Source of the DNA: Candidatus Magasanikbacteria bacterium RIFCSPHIGHO2_01_FULL_41_23
GTDB lineage: Bacteria > Patescibacteriota > Patescibacteriia > Magasanikbacterales > UBA922
DNA length: 64,000 nucleotides
NCBI GenBank assembly: GCA_001782805.1
Contig: MFPT01000008.1
Coordinates: 13,162 to 77,161 of the forward strand
Direction: 5' to 3'
This document shows positions 33,080 through 43,251 of this stretch, piece by piece. Under the pieces are notes generated by a model that ran no database searches, was not told the origin of the DNA, and saw only the letters and a program-made list of their open reading frames with translations. Position 1 is the first letter of the stretch. Each line of letters begins with the position of its first letter. Position numbers and translations under genes: made by a program.

Positions 33080-33766
33080 TTGATAGTTATGGAGAAAAAA
33101 TGGGTTGTTATTTTGCTAGGCATTGCTTTTTTATTGTTTGGTTTGGGAAGTTGGTATTTTTTGTATATACAAAAAAGTGATGATATCTCTGTTAATGAAG
33201 ATCCGTTGGCTGATATTAAAATACCAAATGCAGATGCCACTACAAAAAAAATATACGAAGAAAAAATTAGCGCGACCAAAGAAATGTACCTAAAAATGCC
33301 TGATATTTGGGAAACATGGGTGGCAATTGGTAATTTGAAAAGCCTGTTTGGTGATTATGTTGGTGCATTGGCAGCTTATGAACAATCAGTGGCAATACAG
33401 CCAAATAATATTGTGGCTCAACGTAATATTGCAGTATTGTACGCCGAAAATTTACAGGATTATAAACAAGCAGAAGCGCATTATCGTCTGGCCATCAGGA
33501 ATGAATTAAATAGAGCGGAGTTATACATGGATTTAATTAAAATCCAATGGAAAAAATTAAATAATGAAAACGCGGCCAAAATTACGTTGGAGGAAGGCTT
33601 AAAACGAACAAAGAATGATTATGATTTGGTATATTTTGCCATAGCATTTTATACTGAAATTGGCGATAAAGAAACTGCGGACAGTTATCAAAAAAAACTG
33701 GAAACAATTAGTCGACCGACTACACCACAACCAAGCTTATTGGTTGTGCCAAACCAGAAACAATAA
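33080..33766 (+). CDS. TPR-repeat protein with N-terminal TM anchor
   Basis: TM VVILLGIAFLLFGLGSWYFLYI. TPR-like WVAIGNLKSLFGDYVGALAAYEQSVAIQPNN / AQRNIAVLYAENLQDYKQAEAHYRLAI. Confidence 0.7.
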   Translation: MIVMEKKWVVILLGIAFLLFGLGSWYFLYIQKSDDISVNEDPLADIKIPNADATTKKIYEEKISATKEMYLKMPDIWETWVAIGNLKSLFGDYVGALAAYEQSVAIQPNNIVAQRNIAVLYAENLQDYKQAEAHYRLAIRNELNRAELYMDLIKIQWKKLNNENAAKITLEEGLKRTKNDYDLVYFAIAFYTEIGDKETADSYQKKLETISRPTTPQPSLLVVPNQKQ

Positions 33767-33771
33767 TTATT

Positions 33772-35826
33772 ATGAAAAAAAATTATCCGCGCGCGTTGTG
33801 GTGGTTGACAGTGGCAACATTTTTAGTACCACTCATTGTATTGCCGTCATACTTTATTTTTCCGTTTATAGTTCCAAAGGTGTTGGTGTTTAGAACATTG
33901 GTTTTGTGTCAATTGGGAGTATTTTTGCTATGGTATTTTTCTAAACAGACAACGGTTCGGATAAGTCGAACACCGATTTCAATAGCGGTTTTATTTTTTT
34001 TCGCCAGTTTTACCTTATCCACTTTTTTTGGGACAGATTGGTATCATAGTTTTTGGGATAATCACGAACGCATGTTAGGTTTGTTTACGATTGCGCACTA
34101 TGTACTGTATTACTTTATAATTACCACGACTTTCAAAGAAATGGATACGTGGCGTCGGTTATTATTATATTTTGTCATGGCAGCCAGTGTTGTGTTGGCA
34201 ATAGCGTTATGGCAAAAAATTCAACCAAACTTTTTATTGAATAATAATAATGGTCGTACTTCGGCTACGTTGGGTAATGCCATCTATTTGGGAGGATATT
34301 GTGTTTGGCTTTTTTTTGTCAGTTGTTATCTGGCAGTTACGGATACATTGGTGTGGCGACGTTGGTTACTGGGTTGTCTCGCTGTTTTGGCGATTTTGGG
34401 AATTATTGCGAGCGGAACACGCGGTTCAGTCCTTGGATTGGTAGTAGGTTTGGTCATCTTGTTTATCGTCTATTTTTGTATTCTCCCAAAAGAAAAACAG
34501 CGCGAGCGACGTATTATTGGGGTTGGGGGAGCTGTGGCAGTGCTTGGTTTTTTGGTTTTGTTTGCTTTTAGAACCACGTCTCTCGTCGCTCATATTCCGG
34601 CAGTGGGAAGTTTGTTAAATACTAATTTTATCGCCGGCACAGCCAGTACTCGTATCATGGCTTGGAAAATCGCTTGGCAAGCGACGGAAGATCACCCATT
34701 GTTTGGTTGGGGACCAAACAATTTTGTCTATGCTTTTAATAAATATTATAATCCTAGATTTTTGGAACATGGATGGGGAGAAACGTGGTTTGATAACGCG
34801 CATAATATTATTATGAACACTCTGACCACTCAGGGATTTGTGGGACTCTTGGCGTATCTATCATTGTTTGGTGCTACATTTTGGCAATTATTTCGGGCGT
34901 TTAAAAAAAATCATTTGTCAGTTCATTTGGTGGCGCTCAGCTCGGGTTTTTTAGTGGCGCATCTGGTACAAAATATATTTGTCTTTGAAAATATTACGTC
35001 GTATTTGTTTTTCTTTTTTTATCTGGCTTTTATTAATAGTATAACGCATTCGACTGATAAATTAGCCACCAACGAGACAATGTTTCGGTCAGTGTTTGGT
35101 GGTGTGACGAGGGTAGCAATTTGGGTGATGGTGATATTATCAATTTGGGTGACTAATATTAGTCCGGCTCGAGCCAATATGGCCATGATTGATGTTTTTC
35201 GTACGATATATACGCAAGGCGATGTGGTAGCTGCTTATAATGGCGTATTGGCGATTAGTTCGCCTCATCACGATGATAATCGCATGGATATGGCTCGTTT
35301 GATAACTCAATCTGCGTCCGAGTATTTACGGATCGGCAAAAAAGTCGAAGCTCAGCGTTTATTGAATTTGGCAATTTCAGAGTTGGATAAAAATCGGCTT
35401 TTGCATCCCAATGATATTCGCAATCATATTCAAGAAGCGCAATTATTACAAATCACTTTTGATGTGTCTAAAAATCCCGATTATTTGTTTAAAGCGGAAA
35501 GACTTTTGGAAGAAGCGCAGGTTTTTTCTCCGGCACGGCAACAAATTCAGTATGTGTTATCGATTTTGAAGAGTATGCTGGGTAAGCATAATGAAGCGAT
35601 TGCTATTTTACGTAAAAGTGTGGCCGACAGTCCTACAATCCCCGAAGGATGGTGGCGATTAGCATATATTCTGCAAAATGCCAAAAAAATTGAAGAGGCA
35701 CAAAATGTAGTTCGTGAGGCACGAGCTCAAGGAATATTATTTATCGGAGTGGGTGAAAACGTTGTTAACGAGATTTTGCCATTACCGGTTTCACCGACCA
35801 GTACGACCGGAACTAAAACTAAATAG
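33772..35826 (+). CDS. O-antigen ligase / Wzy_C-like polytopic membrane protein with C-terminal TPR domain
   Basis: About 12 TM helices. Loop motif IASGTRGSVLGLVVGLV is Wzy_C-like. C-terminal ~230 aa has TPR-like helices. Confidence 0.6.
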   Translation: MKKNYPRALWWLTVATFLVPLIVLPSYFIFPFIVPKVLVFRTLVLCQLGVFLLWYFSKQTTVRISRTPISIAVLFFFASFTLSTFFGTDWYHSFWDNHERMLGLFTIAHYVLYYFIITTTFKEMDTWRRLLLYFVMAASVVLAIALWQKIQPNFLLNNNNGRTSATLGNAIYLGGYCVWLFFVSCYLAVTDTLVWRRWLLGCLAVLAILGIIASGTRGSVLGLVVGLVILFIVYFCILPKEKQRERRIIGVGGAVAVLGFLVLFAFRTTSLVAHIPAVGSLLNTNFIAGTASTRIMAWKIAWQATEDHPLFGWGPNNFVYAFNKYYNPRFLEHGWGETWFDNAHNIIMNTLTTQGFVGLLAYLSLFGATFWQLFRAFKKNHLSVHLVALSSGFLVAHLVQNIFVFENITSYLFFFFYLAFINSITHSTDKLATNETMFRSVFGGVTRVAIWVMVILSIWVTNISPARANMAMIDVFRTIYTQGDVVAAYNGVLAISSPHHDDNRMDMARLITQSASEYLRIGKKVEAQRLLNLAISELDKNRLLHPNDIRNHIQEAQLLQITFDVSKNPDYLFKAERLLEEAQVFSPARQQIQYVLSILKSMLGKHNEAIAILRKSVADSPTIPEGWWRLAYILQNAKKIEEAQNVVREARAQGILFIGVGENVVNEILPLPVSPTSTTGTKTK

Positions 35827-37017
35827 TTTGTTGTATAAAACAGTAGTTTTCGAAATCATTGGCAATAGTGAGTTTGAAAAAGAATTAATCAATATGATTG
35901 ATTTTTTGTCCGAGAGGATGCGGTTAATATTGTCGGTAATAACATTGGCGAGTGTTGTGGCATTATTAGGTTCTGTTAGCTCAAGTTGTGTATAGTGGTT
36001 AGTTAGGCTTGGTAAACCGCCAACTCTGGTCGCGACTATAGGGAGATCCGCGGCCATTGCTTCCAGAATAGTGTATGGCAGGCCTTCTTTGCGCGAAGGC
36101 AAAACAAACAAATCAAATGCCGGCAAGAGTTCGGCTGCGTTGTCGTAATTGCCGAGTAAGTGTACATTGTTACTTTTTTGGGCAGTGATTAAATTTCGCA
36201 AATTGGTTTCTTCATGCCCGGAACCAATAATAAAAAAATGCACGGTTGGCTTGTCCCGAGCAGCTTGTTCCGAGCGGAGTCGAGAGAATTCGAGAGAATT
36301 TTTTTCCATCATTATTTTCGCCGCGGCAATTAAAATATCCAGGCCTTTATTTTTATACAAATTCGCAATCGTGCCAATTAAAAAATCATCATTATTTTTT
36401 AAACCGGCCAACGTTAAAATTTTTTCTCGTGCTTCTTTTTTTGGCAAAAACTGTGGCGGAGCAATCCCAATGGGAATAACAGTTAATTTTTCCGTAGGGA
36501 TATGCAGAATTTTTTCCGCGTCATTTTTTTCTTGGGGCGATAAAACAATGATCGCGTCTTTTAAAAGCGCTGTCCATTTTTCCAAATAAAGATACAGTTT
36601 TTTTATAAACCAACTTCGTGATTCGTGAAATACCCAGCCATGGACTGTATAAATAATTTTCGGTTTATTTTTAAGACCAATTCCTGCGAGGGATCCGAAA
36701 ATTCCCGCTTTTGAGCTATTCAGATGAACAATTGACGGCTGTTGTTTTTTATACAGTAGTCGCAGTTCAAAAATTGCCAAAATATCATGATAGGGATTAA
36801 TAGCTCTGCGCAAATGCTGTAACTGGAAAATTTTGGAGGGATTATTTTTTAGTTTATTTTGCAAATCTTGTGCAGTATTTGGCTCGCCAACAGCCACTGA
36901 AACAGAAAAGTCTTGATTTATTTTGGACGATAAATCAAAAACATAGCGCTGCGCTCCCCCCCAAGTCCCTTGGGTAATTACATAAAGAATCTTTTGTTTT
37001 TCTGATTGACTTTTCAT
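35791..37017 (-). CDS. glycosyltransferase family 4
   Basis: N-terminal ILYVITQGTWGGAQRYVFDL and C-terminal FVLPSRKEGLPYTILEAMAADLPIVATRVGGLP. Convergent with the preceding gene. Confidence 0.8.
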   Translation of the reverse strand: MKSQSEKQKILYVITQGTWGGAQRYVFDLSSKINQDFSVSVAVGEPNTAQDLQNKLKNNPSKIFQLQHLRRAINPYHDILAIFELRLLYKKQQPSIVHLNSSKAGIFGSLAGIGLKNKPKIIYTVHGWVFHESRSWFIKKLYLYLEKWTALLKDAIIVLSPQEKNDAEKILHIPTEKLTVIPIGIAPPQFLPKKEAREKILTLAGLKNNDDFLIGTIANLYKNKGLDILIAAAKIMMEKNSLEFSRLRSEQAARDKPTVHFFIIGSGHEETNLRNLITAQKSNNVHLLGNYDNAAELLPAFDLFVLPSRKEGLPYTILEAMAADLPIVATRVGGLPSLTNHYTQLELTEPNNATTLANVITDNINRILSDKKSIILINSFSNSLLPMISKTTVLYNKLFSFSSGRTGR

Positions 37018-37070
37018 AGAGCCTATAGCATACTATATTCTGTAATAATTTTCAATATTTTGGCTAGAAT

Positions 37071-38603
37071 ATGAGGATATTAGTAACGGGTGGCGCTGGT
37101 TTTATCGGATCGCACTTGTGTGGTCGTCTTCTTCGTGAAGGCCATAATGTTATTTGTATTGATAGTTTTTATAGTGGTAAAAAAGAAAACGTTGCTGAAT
37201 ATTTAGCCAATCCAAAATTTACATTAATTAAACATGATATCCGCCAACCGTTAAATGAAATCAAAAAATTGGATAGAATTTATAATTTGGCGTGCCCCGC
37301 TTCACCGACGCAATATCAATTTGATCCGATTTTAACGATTGAAACAGCGATTATCGGTACGCAAAATATGTTGAAACTGGCTCGTAAAACCGGTGCCAGA
37401 ATGTTACAAGCCTCAACATCTGAAGTGTATGGCGACCCGTTGGAACATCCGCAAAAAGAATCATATTGGGGAAATGTTGATCCGCTTGGTAAGCGTTCCT
37501 GTTATGATGAAGGCAAACGAGCCGGGGAAACACTATGCAAAGATTACGCGATTGAATATGGTGTGGATGTCCGTTTAATCCGGATTTTTAATACGTATGG
37601 TCCGCGCATGATGTTCAATGATGGCCGAGTATTATCAAATTTTATTGTGCAAGCATTGCTTGGCGAAGATATTACCGTGCATGGTGATGGAACGCAAACT
37701 AGAAGTTTCTGTTTTGTAGAAGATTTAATGGAAGGTATGATTCGTCGGTTAGAACACTCGGCTGTTGATTGGTCGCCGATTAATCTGGGAAATCCTGATG
37801 AACGAAGTATTGGAGATTTGGCGCGTTTGGTCAAAGAAACTACGGGATCAAACAGTGAAATTGTTTTTCAATCTTTTTCGCAGATTCCCAATCGTGAAGG
37901 TGATCCTAAACAACGCTGTCCCGATATTACTCGGGCGAAAACAGTATTAATTTGGGAACCAAAAGTTGGTTTTGCACAAGGGTTGGCCACAACGATCGCG
38001 GATTTTAAAAAACGATTGGAGAACAAACCACGTCTATTAATTTTTCTTGGCGTTGACAAAAATCGTTCAGAGATAGCCAGAGAAATTTTGACAAGCGTAG
38101 TTACGACTTCTCCTGGTTGGGAATTTGATGTAGTGACCAATGATAGTTCGCTTAAAGAAATGCTTGGGTTGACTGTTCATCAGGTTTTTAGCACACAGAA
38201 TCCAATTTTGTTCGCGTTTTCATCAGCAAGATTGGCCAAACAATTGCAAAAAAAAAATAATTATCAAGTTGGTTGGGCGATTGCAGTGGGCAAAGCGCAG
38301 ATTGGCGCAGCACTTTTTTCGTGGCGCATGCGTGGTCGCGTCCCTTTACTTTTGACTGTTTTGGAAAGTGAAGTTAGTGAAACAATGCTTAATCGCGGAA
38401 AATCATTATCTCATTGGTATAATATTTTGATGCGATATGTATATCGTTGGCAAGTCGTTGCGCCATTAACTACTGAACAGCAACGTTGGCTGGAAGATGA
38501 ACGACATGTCTCGGCAATCAATTACACAGGCGACACTGATGCTGTGGCGCAAAATGTAAAACAACTTTTTCAAGAATTAGAAATTTTAGCGACGCGTTTA
38601 TAA
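37071..38603 (+). CDS. UDP-glucuronate decarboxylase (UDP-xylose synthase)-like SDR, fused to a ~195-aa C-terminal domain of unknown function
   Basis: [20 protein letters not shown] Rossmann motif. [37 protein letters not shown] is characteristic of UXS/ArnA-decarboxylase SDRs (catalytic YxxxK in YDEGKR). The extension beyond ~315 aa is unassigned. Confidence 0.75.
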   Translation: MRILVTGGAGFIGSHLCGRLLREGHNVICIDSFYSGKKENVAEYLANPKFTLIKHDIRQPLNEIKKLDRIYNLACPASPTQYQFDPILTIETAIIGTQNMLKLARKTGARMLQASTSEVYGDPLEHPQKESYWGNVDPLGKRSCYDEGKRAGETLCKDYAIEYGVDVRLIRIFNTYGPRMMFNDGRVLSNFIVQALLGEDITVHGDGTQTRSFCFVEDLMEGMIRRLEHSAVDWSPINLGNPDERSIGDLARLVKETTGSNSEIVFQSFSQIPNREGDPKQRCPDITRAKTVLIWEPKVGFAQGLATTIADFKKRLENKPRLLIFLGVDKNRSEIAREILTSVVTTSPGWEFDVVTNDSSLKEMLGLTVHQVFSTQNPILFAFSSARLAKQLQKKNNYQVGWAIAVGKAQIGAALFSWRMRGRVPLLLTVLESEVSETMLNRGKSLSHWYNILMRYVYRWQVVAPLTTEQQRWLEDERHVSAINYTGDTDAVAQNVKQLFQELEILATRL

Positions 38604-38605
38604 GT

Positions 38606-39754
38606 ATGTCCAAACGCCGAATTCTTATTTTTTCCACGGCGTACGCGCCTTTCGTGGGAGGCGCGGAAATTGCGGTCAGAGAAATTACTGACCGGTTGTC
38701 TAACGAGTTTGACTTTGTTTTAGTTACCGCGCGGATTAATCAGGCATTGTCCGCAAGAGAAAAAATTGGAGTGGTTGAAGTGATTCGTGTGGGCAATGGC
38801 ACTTGGTTTGATAAAATTAATTTGTGGTGGAATGGTTGGAAAGTCGCAGAAGAGAATGGCCAGTTTGATGTCGTGTGGGGAATCATGGCCAGTTACGGTG
38901 GACTGGCCGCGCTTCGATATAAAACCCTTCGACTTCGCTCACTTCGTGGTGACTCGGTGGATCCAGTACAAGAAAAAATTCCCTTTTTATTGACTTTGCA
39001 AGAAGGGGATAGCTTGTCGCGTATTTATTCTCGCGCATTTTTTATTTGGCCGTGGTTTAAACAAATTTTTAGGAAAGCGGATAGAATCCAAGCAATTAGT
39101 AATTATTTGGCAGTTTGGGCCAAAAAAATGGGAGCGACATGTTTGGTTGATGTAGTGCCAAACGGCGTTGCTTTAGCGGATGAGAAAATTTTTTTGCCAG
39201 TGAAAAAATTTAATTCCGGTAAAAAATTAATTTTGTCAGTGTCTCGATTGGTTGAAAAAAATGGTTTGGAATATTTGATTCGTGCTATGATTGATTTGCC
39301 AGAGAGTTATATTTTGGAAATTGTCGGTGAAGGAAAATTGCGGCCTAGATTAGAAAAAATGATTAAGGATTTAGAATTGTCAGAGCGAGTAATTTTAAGA
39401 GGGGAAGTTCCCTATCAAGAAGTCGGTGATTATTATGCGCGTGCTGATGTATTTGTTCGGCCATCGCTATCCGAAGGACTGGGAAATGTTTTTTTGGAAG
39501 CCATGCAAAAAAATGTTCCGGTGATTGCGACACCAGTTGGCGGAATTGTGGATTTTTTGGAAGAAGGCAAAACCGGTTGGTTTTGTCAGGCTCGAGATTC
39601 CCGTGACATTGCGAAGAAAATTGAGTATGTGTTGGCTGAAAAAAATGCGGAAGAAGTGGAACAAGTTAAAGCGCGGGCGAAACAAATGATCAGCGAGAAA
39701 TTTACATGGGAAATAGTCGCCAAACAAATGAAACATATTTTTGATAATATATGA
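38606..39754 (+). CDS. glycosyltransferase family 4
   Basis: FSTAYAPFVGGAEIAV N-domain. FVRPSLSEGLGNVFLEAMQKNVPVIATPVGG. Confidence 0.8.
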   Translation: MSKRRILIFSTAYAPFVGGAEIAVREITDRLSNEFDFVLVTARINQALSAREKIGVVEVIRVGNGTWFDKINLWWNGWKVAEENGQFDVVWGIMASYGGLAALRYKTLRLRSLRGDSVDPVQEKIPFLLTLQEGDSLSRIYSRAFFIWPWFKQIFRKADRIQAISNYLAVWAKKMGATCLVDVVPNGVALADEKIFLPVKKFNSGKKLILSVSRLVEKNGLEYLIRAMIDLPESYILEIVGEGKLRPRLEKMIKDLELSERVILRGEVPYQEVGDYYARADVFVRPSLSEGLGNVFLEAMQKNVPVIATPVGGIVDFLEEGKTGWFCQARDSRDIAKKIEYVLAEKNAEEVEQVKARAKQMISEKFTWEIVAKQMKHIFDNI

Positions 39755-40902
39755 ATATTTTAATCGCGGCAGATATTTTTCCGCCTTTATCTGGTGGTCC
39801 GGCTACTTACGTGGTGGGTCTGGCAAACGCGTTAACTGCAAAAAATGTTGATGTAAAAATCATATCTCTCACACCGCAATCCGACATTACCAAAGTACAT
39901 TGTCCGATTTTTGTGGTCAGACAAAAAAATAAAATTCTGCGGTATTTGGAATATATTGGTTTACTGTTAAAGCATAGTCGTGAAGCTGATTGTATCTATG
40001 CCATGGGGCCGGTGAACGCCGGTTTGCCCGCTCTCGTTGTCTCAATATTGTTACGCAAAAAATTAATTGTTAAAGTTGTTGGAGATTATGCGTGGGAACA
40101 GGGAACGCAACGTTTTGGCGTTACTGATTTGATGGATGATTTCCAAACTAAAAAATATACTGGCGCAGTTGGTTGGTTGCAACGATTGGAACGTTTGGTT
40201 GTTCGACAGGCCGATCAGGTAATTGTTCCCAGCAATTATTTGCGGAAAATTGTTTTAGGTTGGGGCGCGCACGAGGAAAAAATATCGGTAATTTATAACG
40301 CGATTTCTTTATCAGCGTCTAATAATGGGGAGAATGTTTTGGTTAAACCAAATATTGAACAATGGATTGTGACTGTCGCGCGATTAACGCCGTGGAAAGG
40401 CATAAAAGAAATTATTGAAGTCTTGGTTGAATTAAAATCCCAATTTCCGAATGCGCGCTATAAAGTTGTGGGCGATGGGCCGGATTTGGATCGATTAAAA
40501 AAAACAATTCAAGATTGTCGGGCGGAAAATTATGTGGAATTATTGGGAAATCTCTCACATAAATTGGCTTTGGACTACATGAAATTATCTGACCTGGTAA
40601 TTTTAAATAGCGGCTATGAAGGCCTATCTCATGTTTTGGTCGAAGCTCTTAGTTTGGATTGTCGTGTTCTTGTCAGTGATATTGGTGGTAATCCGGAAGT
40701 GGTTATTCCTGGTGAGACAGGTGATGTGTTTCCGTATAATAATAAAGAAATTATTAAAGAAAAAATTGTTTTGGCATTAAACGGGAGTATGCCTAAACCA
40801 TTTAGTGCAAAAATTTCTCGCGCGGATTGGTTTAAAAAATTTACATTTGAGACAATGGTCAGTGAAACTAGAACTTTGTTGGAAAAAATATGCGCACATT
40901 AA
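39751..40902 (+). CDS. glycosyltransferase family 4
   Basis: ADIFPPLSGGPATYV. ILNSGYEGLSHVLVEALSLDCRVLVSDIGGNPE. 4-nt overlap with the upstream gene. Confidence 0.8.
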   Translation: MNILIAADIFPPLSGGPATYVVGLANALTAKNVDVKIISLTPQSDITKVHCPIFVVRQKNKILRYLEYIGLLLKHSREADCIYAMGPVNAGLPALVVSILLRKKLIVKVVGDYAWEQGTQRFGVTDLMDDFQTKKYTGAVGWLQRLERLVVRQADQVIVPSNYLRKIVLGWGAHEEKISVIYNAISLSASNNGENVLVKPNIEQWIVTVARLTPWKGIKEIIEVLVELKSQFPNARYKVVGDGPDLDRLKKTIQDCRAENYVELLGNLSHKLALDYMKLSDLVILNSGYEGLSHVLVEALSLDCRVLVSDIGGNPEVVIPGETGDVFPYNNKEIIKEKIVLALNGSMPKPFSAKISRADWFKKFTFETMVSETRTLLEKICAH

Positions 40903-41885
40903 TGCTTAGCCTTGACCAAGAAATTTTGAATCCCGATTCGCGCGTTGCCGCGCGGATGCGTTCGTATGGACAAAATAAAACCATTGATATTATTATTCCA
41001 TCGGTCAAAAATAATACCGTAAATTTGTCTCCAACGGTGACTGCGTATGGTAGTGGAGGAACGAAATGGCAACAATTTTTTTATCTTTTGAAGCGTGGTA
41101 GTGGATTATTACAATTAAATAATTATGAAATAATTACTGCCCAAGATCCTTTTTTGGTTGGTTTTGCGGGTATGCTGTTGAAGCAAAAAAAACAAATTTT
41201 TGAAATTCAAATTCACGGTGATTTTTTTGGCGGATCATATTATCGTAACAGTGGCTTGAAAAATTGGCTTTATTATTATCTGGCGCGATGGCTGGTGATT
41301 CCTTATGCCGATCAAATTCGAGTGGTGGGAGAACGAGTTAAACAGAGTATAATAAAATTAGGAATTCGAGAAGAAAAAATCAGTGTTCAGCCAATCGTCG
41401 TGCCGGTTAAAGAAATTCAAGAGTACATTCCCAAACAAAATGCGCATGATTTGTTTCCCGAATTTAATAAAATTTTTCTATGCCTTGGGCGACTGGATAC
41501 CGTAAAAAATGTAGGGTGGTTGATTGCTGTTTTTAATGATTATGTGCATAATAATCATGTTCCGGTTTTACTCCTCATTGCCGGCGATGGATCAGAGCGA
41601 AATCAGTTGGAAATACAGGTTAAAAATTTGGACGCAAAAAATTACATTCGTTTTTTGGGCGCGCTGAAAAATCCTTTGGATTATTTAAAAACAGTTGATT
41701 GTTTGTTGTTTCCCAGTTTGTCCGAAGGTTATGGATTAGTAGCTATGGAAGCGGCCGCGGCCGGAACCAAAATTATAATGAATGACGTAGGTGTGGCGAA
41801 TTATGAATTAAAAGCCAGTGAACGAGTAACAATTGTGGCGGTGAATGATTGGGTAGAATTTATGACTGCCTTAAAAAACATCTAG
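40890..41885 (+). CDS. glycosyltransferase family 4
   Basis: LFPSLSEGYGLVAMEAAAAGTKIIMNDVG. Confidence 0.75.
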   Translation: MRTLMLSLDQEILNPDSRVAARMRSYGQNKTIDIIIPSVKNNTVNLSPTVTAYGSGGTKWQQFFYLLKRGSGLLQLNNYEIITAQDPFLVGFAGMLLKQKKQIFEIQIHGDFFGGSYYRNSGLKNWLYYYLARWLVIPYADQIRVVGERVKQSIIKLGIREEKISVQPIVVPVKEIQEYIPKQNAHDLFPEFNKIFLCLGRLDTVKNVGWLIAVFNDYVHNNHVPVLLLIAGDGSERNQLEIQVKNLDAKNYIRFLGALKNPLDYLKTVDCLLFPSLSEGYGLVAMEAAAAGTKIIMNDVGVANYELKASERVTIVAVNDWVEFMTALKNI

Positions 41886-41906
41886 GTATTATGAAAAACA
41901 TTTAAT

Positions 41907-42770
41907 ATGCCGCATTTTTCTGCCGTCATCGTATCACTTCGACCAAAACAGTGGCTCAAAAACAGCTTTGTTTTGGCCGCGGTAATTTTTGTTGGGGCGT
42001 TTAATGATCCAGCAGTAGTGGGAAAAGCGTTAATCGCGGCCGCTATTTTTTGTTTGGCCTCGAGCGCTGTGTATATCGTGAATGATATTCGCGATGCTCC
42101 GGCCGATCGTCTGCATCCGACTAAAAAAAATCGGCCAATTGCGGCTGGCCAAATTTCAATATCTCACGCTTTTTTATTGGCCAGTGTTTTGGGAATCAGT
42201 GCCTTAATATTCGGGTGGTGGTTGCGACCGCAATTTGGCTTGGTTGTTGCTGCCTATATTATTGTGCAGATTTTTTATTCATTGTGGTTAAAGAAAATTG
42301 TCATTATTGATGTGATAACGATCGCTCTTGGTTTTGTAGCGCGCGTCGTGGCCGGTGCCGTGGCAATCAGTGTTTCATTTTCACCGTGGATTATTTTTTG
42401 TACATTTTTCTTGACATTATATTTGGCGATAACTAAACGACGGGAAGAATTGATTGTGGTAAATGGAACAGAGACGCGGACAGTTTTAGCTGATTATACG
42501 TCCGCGTTTTTGGATCAGATGAATGCGATTATTTTGCCTTTGACATTGGTGACGTATACTTTTTATACATTTGGTTCTCAGCATAGCCAGTGGCTCATGG
42601 TAACAGTGCCCGTGGTACTGTATGGATTGTTTCGGTATCAATATGTGAGCAATCGCACTATTGGTAATCACGATGGTCCGACTGATATTGTCTGGCAGGA
42701 TCGGCCGCTCCAGATAACACTTATTTTGTGGATCATGATCGCGGCTATGATTATTTGGTTTTTTGATTAA
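41907..42770 (+). CDS. UbiA-family prenyltransferase, decaprenyl-phosphate phosphoribosyltransferase (DPPR synthase)-like
   Basis: NDIRDAPADRLHPTKKNRPIAAGQIS (Asp-rich UbiA motif 1). 8-9 TM helices. This family is frequent in CPR glycan loci. Confidence 0.7.
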   Translation: MPHFSAVIVSLRPKQWLKNSFVLAAVIFVGAFNDPAVVGKALIAAAIFCLASSAVYIVNDIRDAPADRLHPTKKNRPIAAGQISISHAFLLASVLGISALIFGWWLRPQFGLVVAAYIIVQIFYSLWLKKIVIIDVITIALGFVARVVAGAVAISVSFSPWIIFCTFFLTLYLAITKRREELIVVNGTETRTVLADYTSAFLDQMNAIILPLTLVTYTFYTFGSQHSQWLMVTVPVVLYGLFRYQYVSNRTIGNHDGPTDIVWQDRPLQITLILWIMIAAMIIWFFD

Positions 42771-43242
42771 TATGTCATTTGCCACTGCGCCAATTTTTGA
42801 TCAATTAGAATTGTCCGAAATTAATCGAACAATTATTTTGGATATTGATGGAACATTGGTGCCGGATGGTGAAGAAGATTGTTCGGAAAAGACACGGGCA
42901 AAAGTAATGAACTTAATGAAAAATAATAACGTGGTCTTGTTTTCCAATTCTAAAAATACTGAACGTGGTAAAAAAATGGCCAATGCTTTGGGAATTTCAT
43001 TTTTGTCCGCGGATAAAAATAAGCCAAATCCGGCGGTAATTATGGCCACTGGTCGACGGGTCGGGGATTGTACTGTGATTGGTGATAAATTTTTGACTGA
43101 TTATTTGTTGGCAGTATTCAGTGGCGCGCGCTTTGTGCCAGTACGAAGAATATATTCGGGACGAGAATCGTTTAAAATAAAAATAATTTATTTGGTTGAT
43201 GATTTTTTTAATTTTTTATCCCGACTGGTCGGAATTGGTTAG
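42763..43242 (+). CDS. HAD-superfamily phosphatase
   Basis: Motif I ILDIDGTLVPDG. Small 159-aa HAD fold, overlapping the UbiA gene by 8 nt. Confidence 0.6.
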   Translation: MINMSFATAPIFDQLELSEINRTIILDIDGTLVPDGEEDCSEKTRAKVMNLMKNNNVVLFSNSKNTERGKKMANALGISFLSADKNKPNPAVIMATGRRVGDCTVIGDKFLTDYLLAVFSGARFVPVRRIYSGRESFKIKIIYLVDDFFNFLSRLVGIG

Positions 43243-43251
43243 TCAAAAAAT

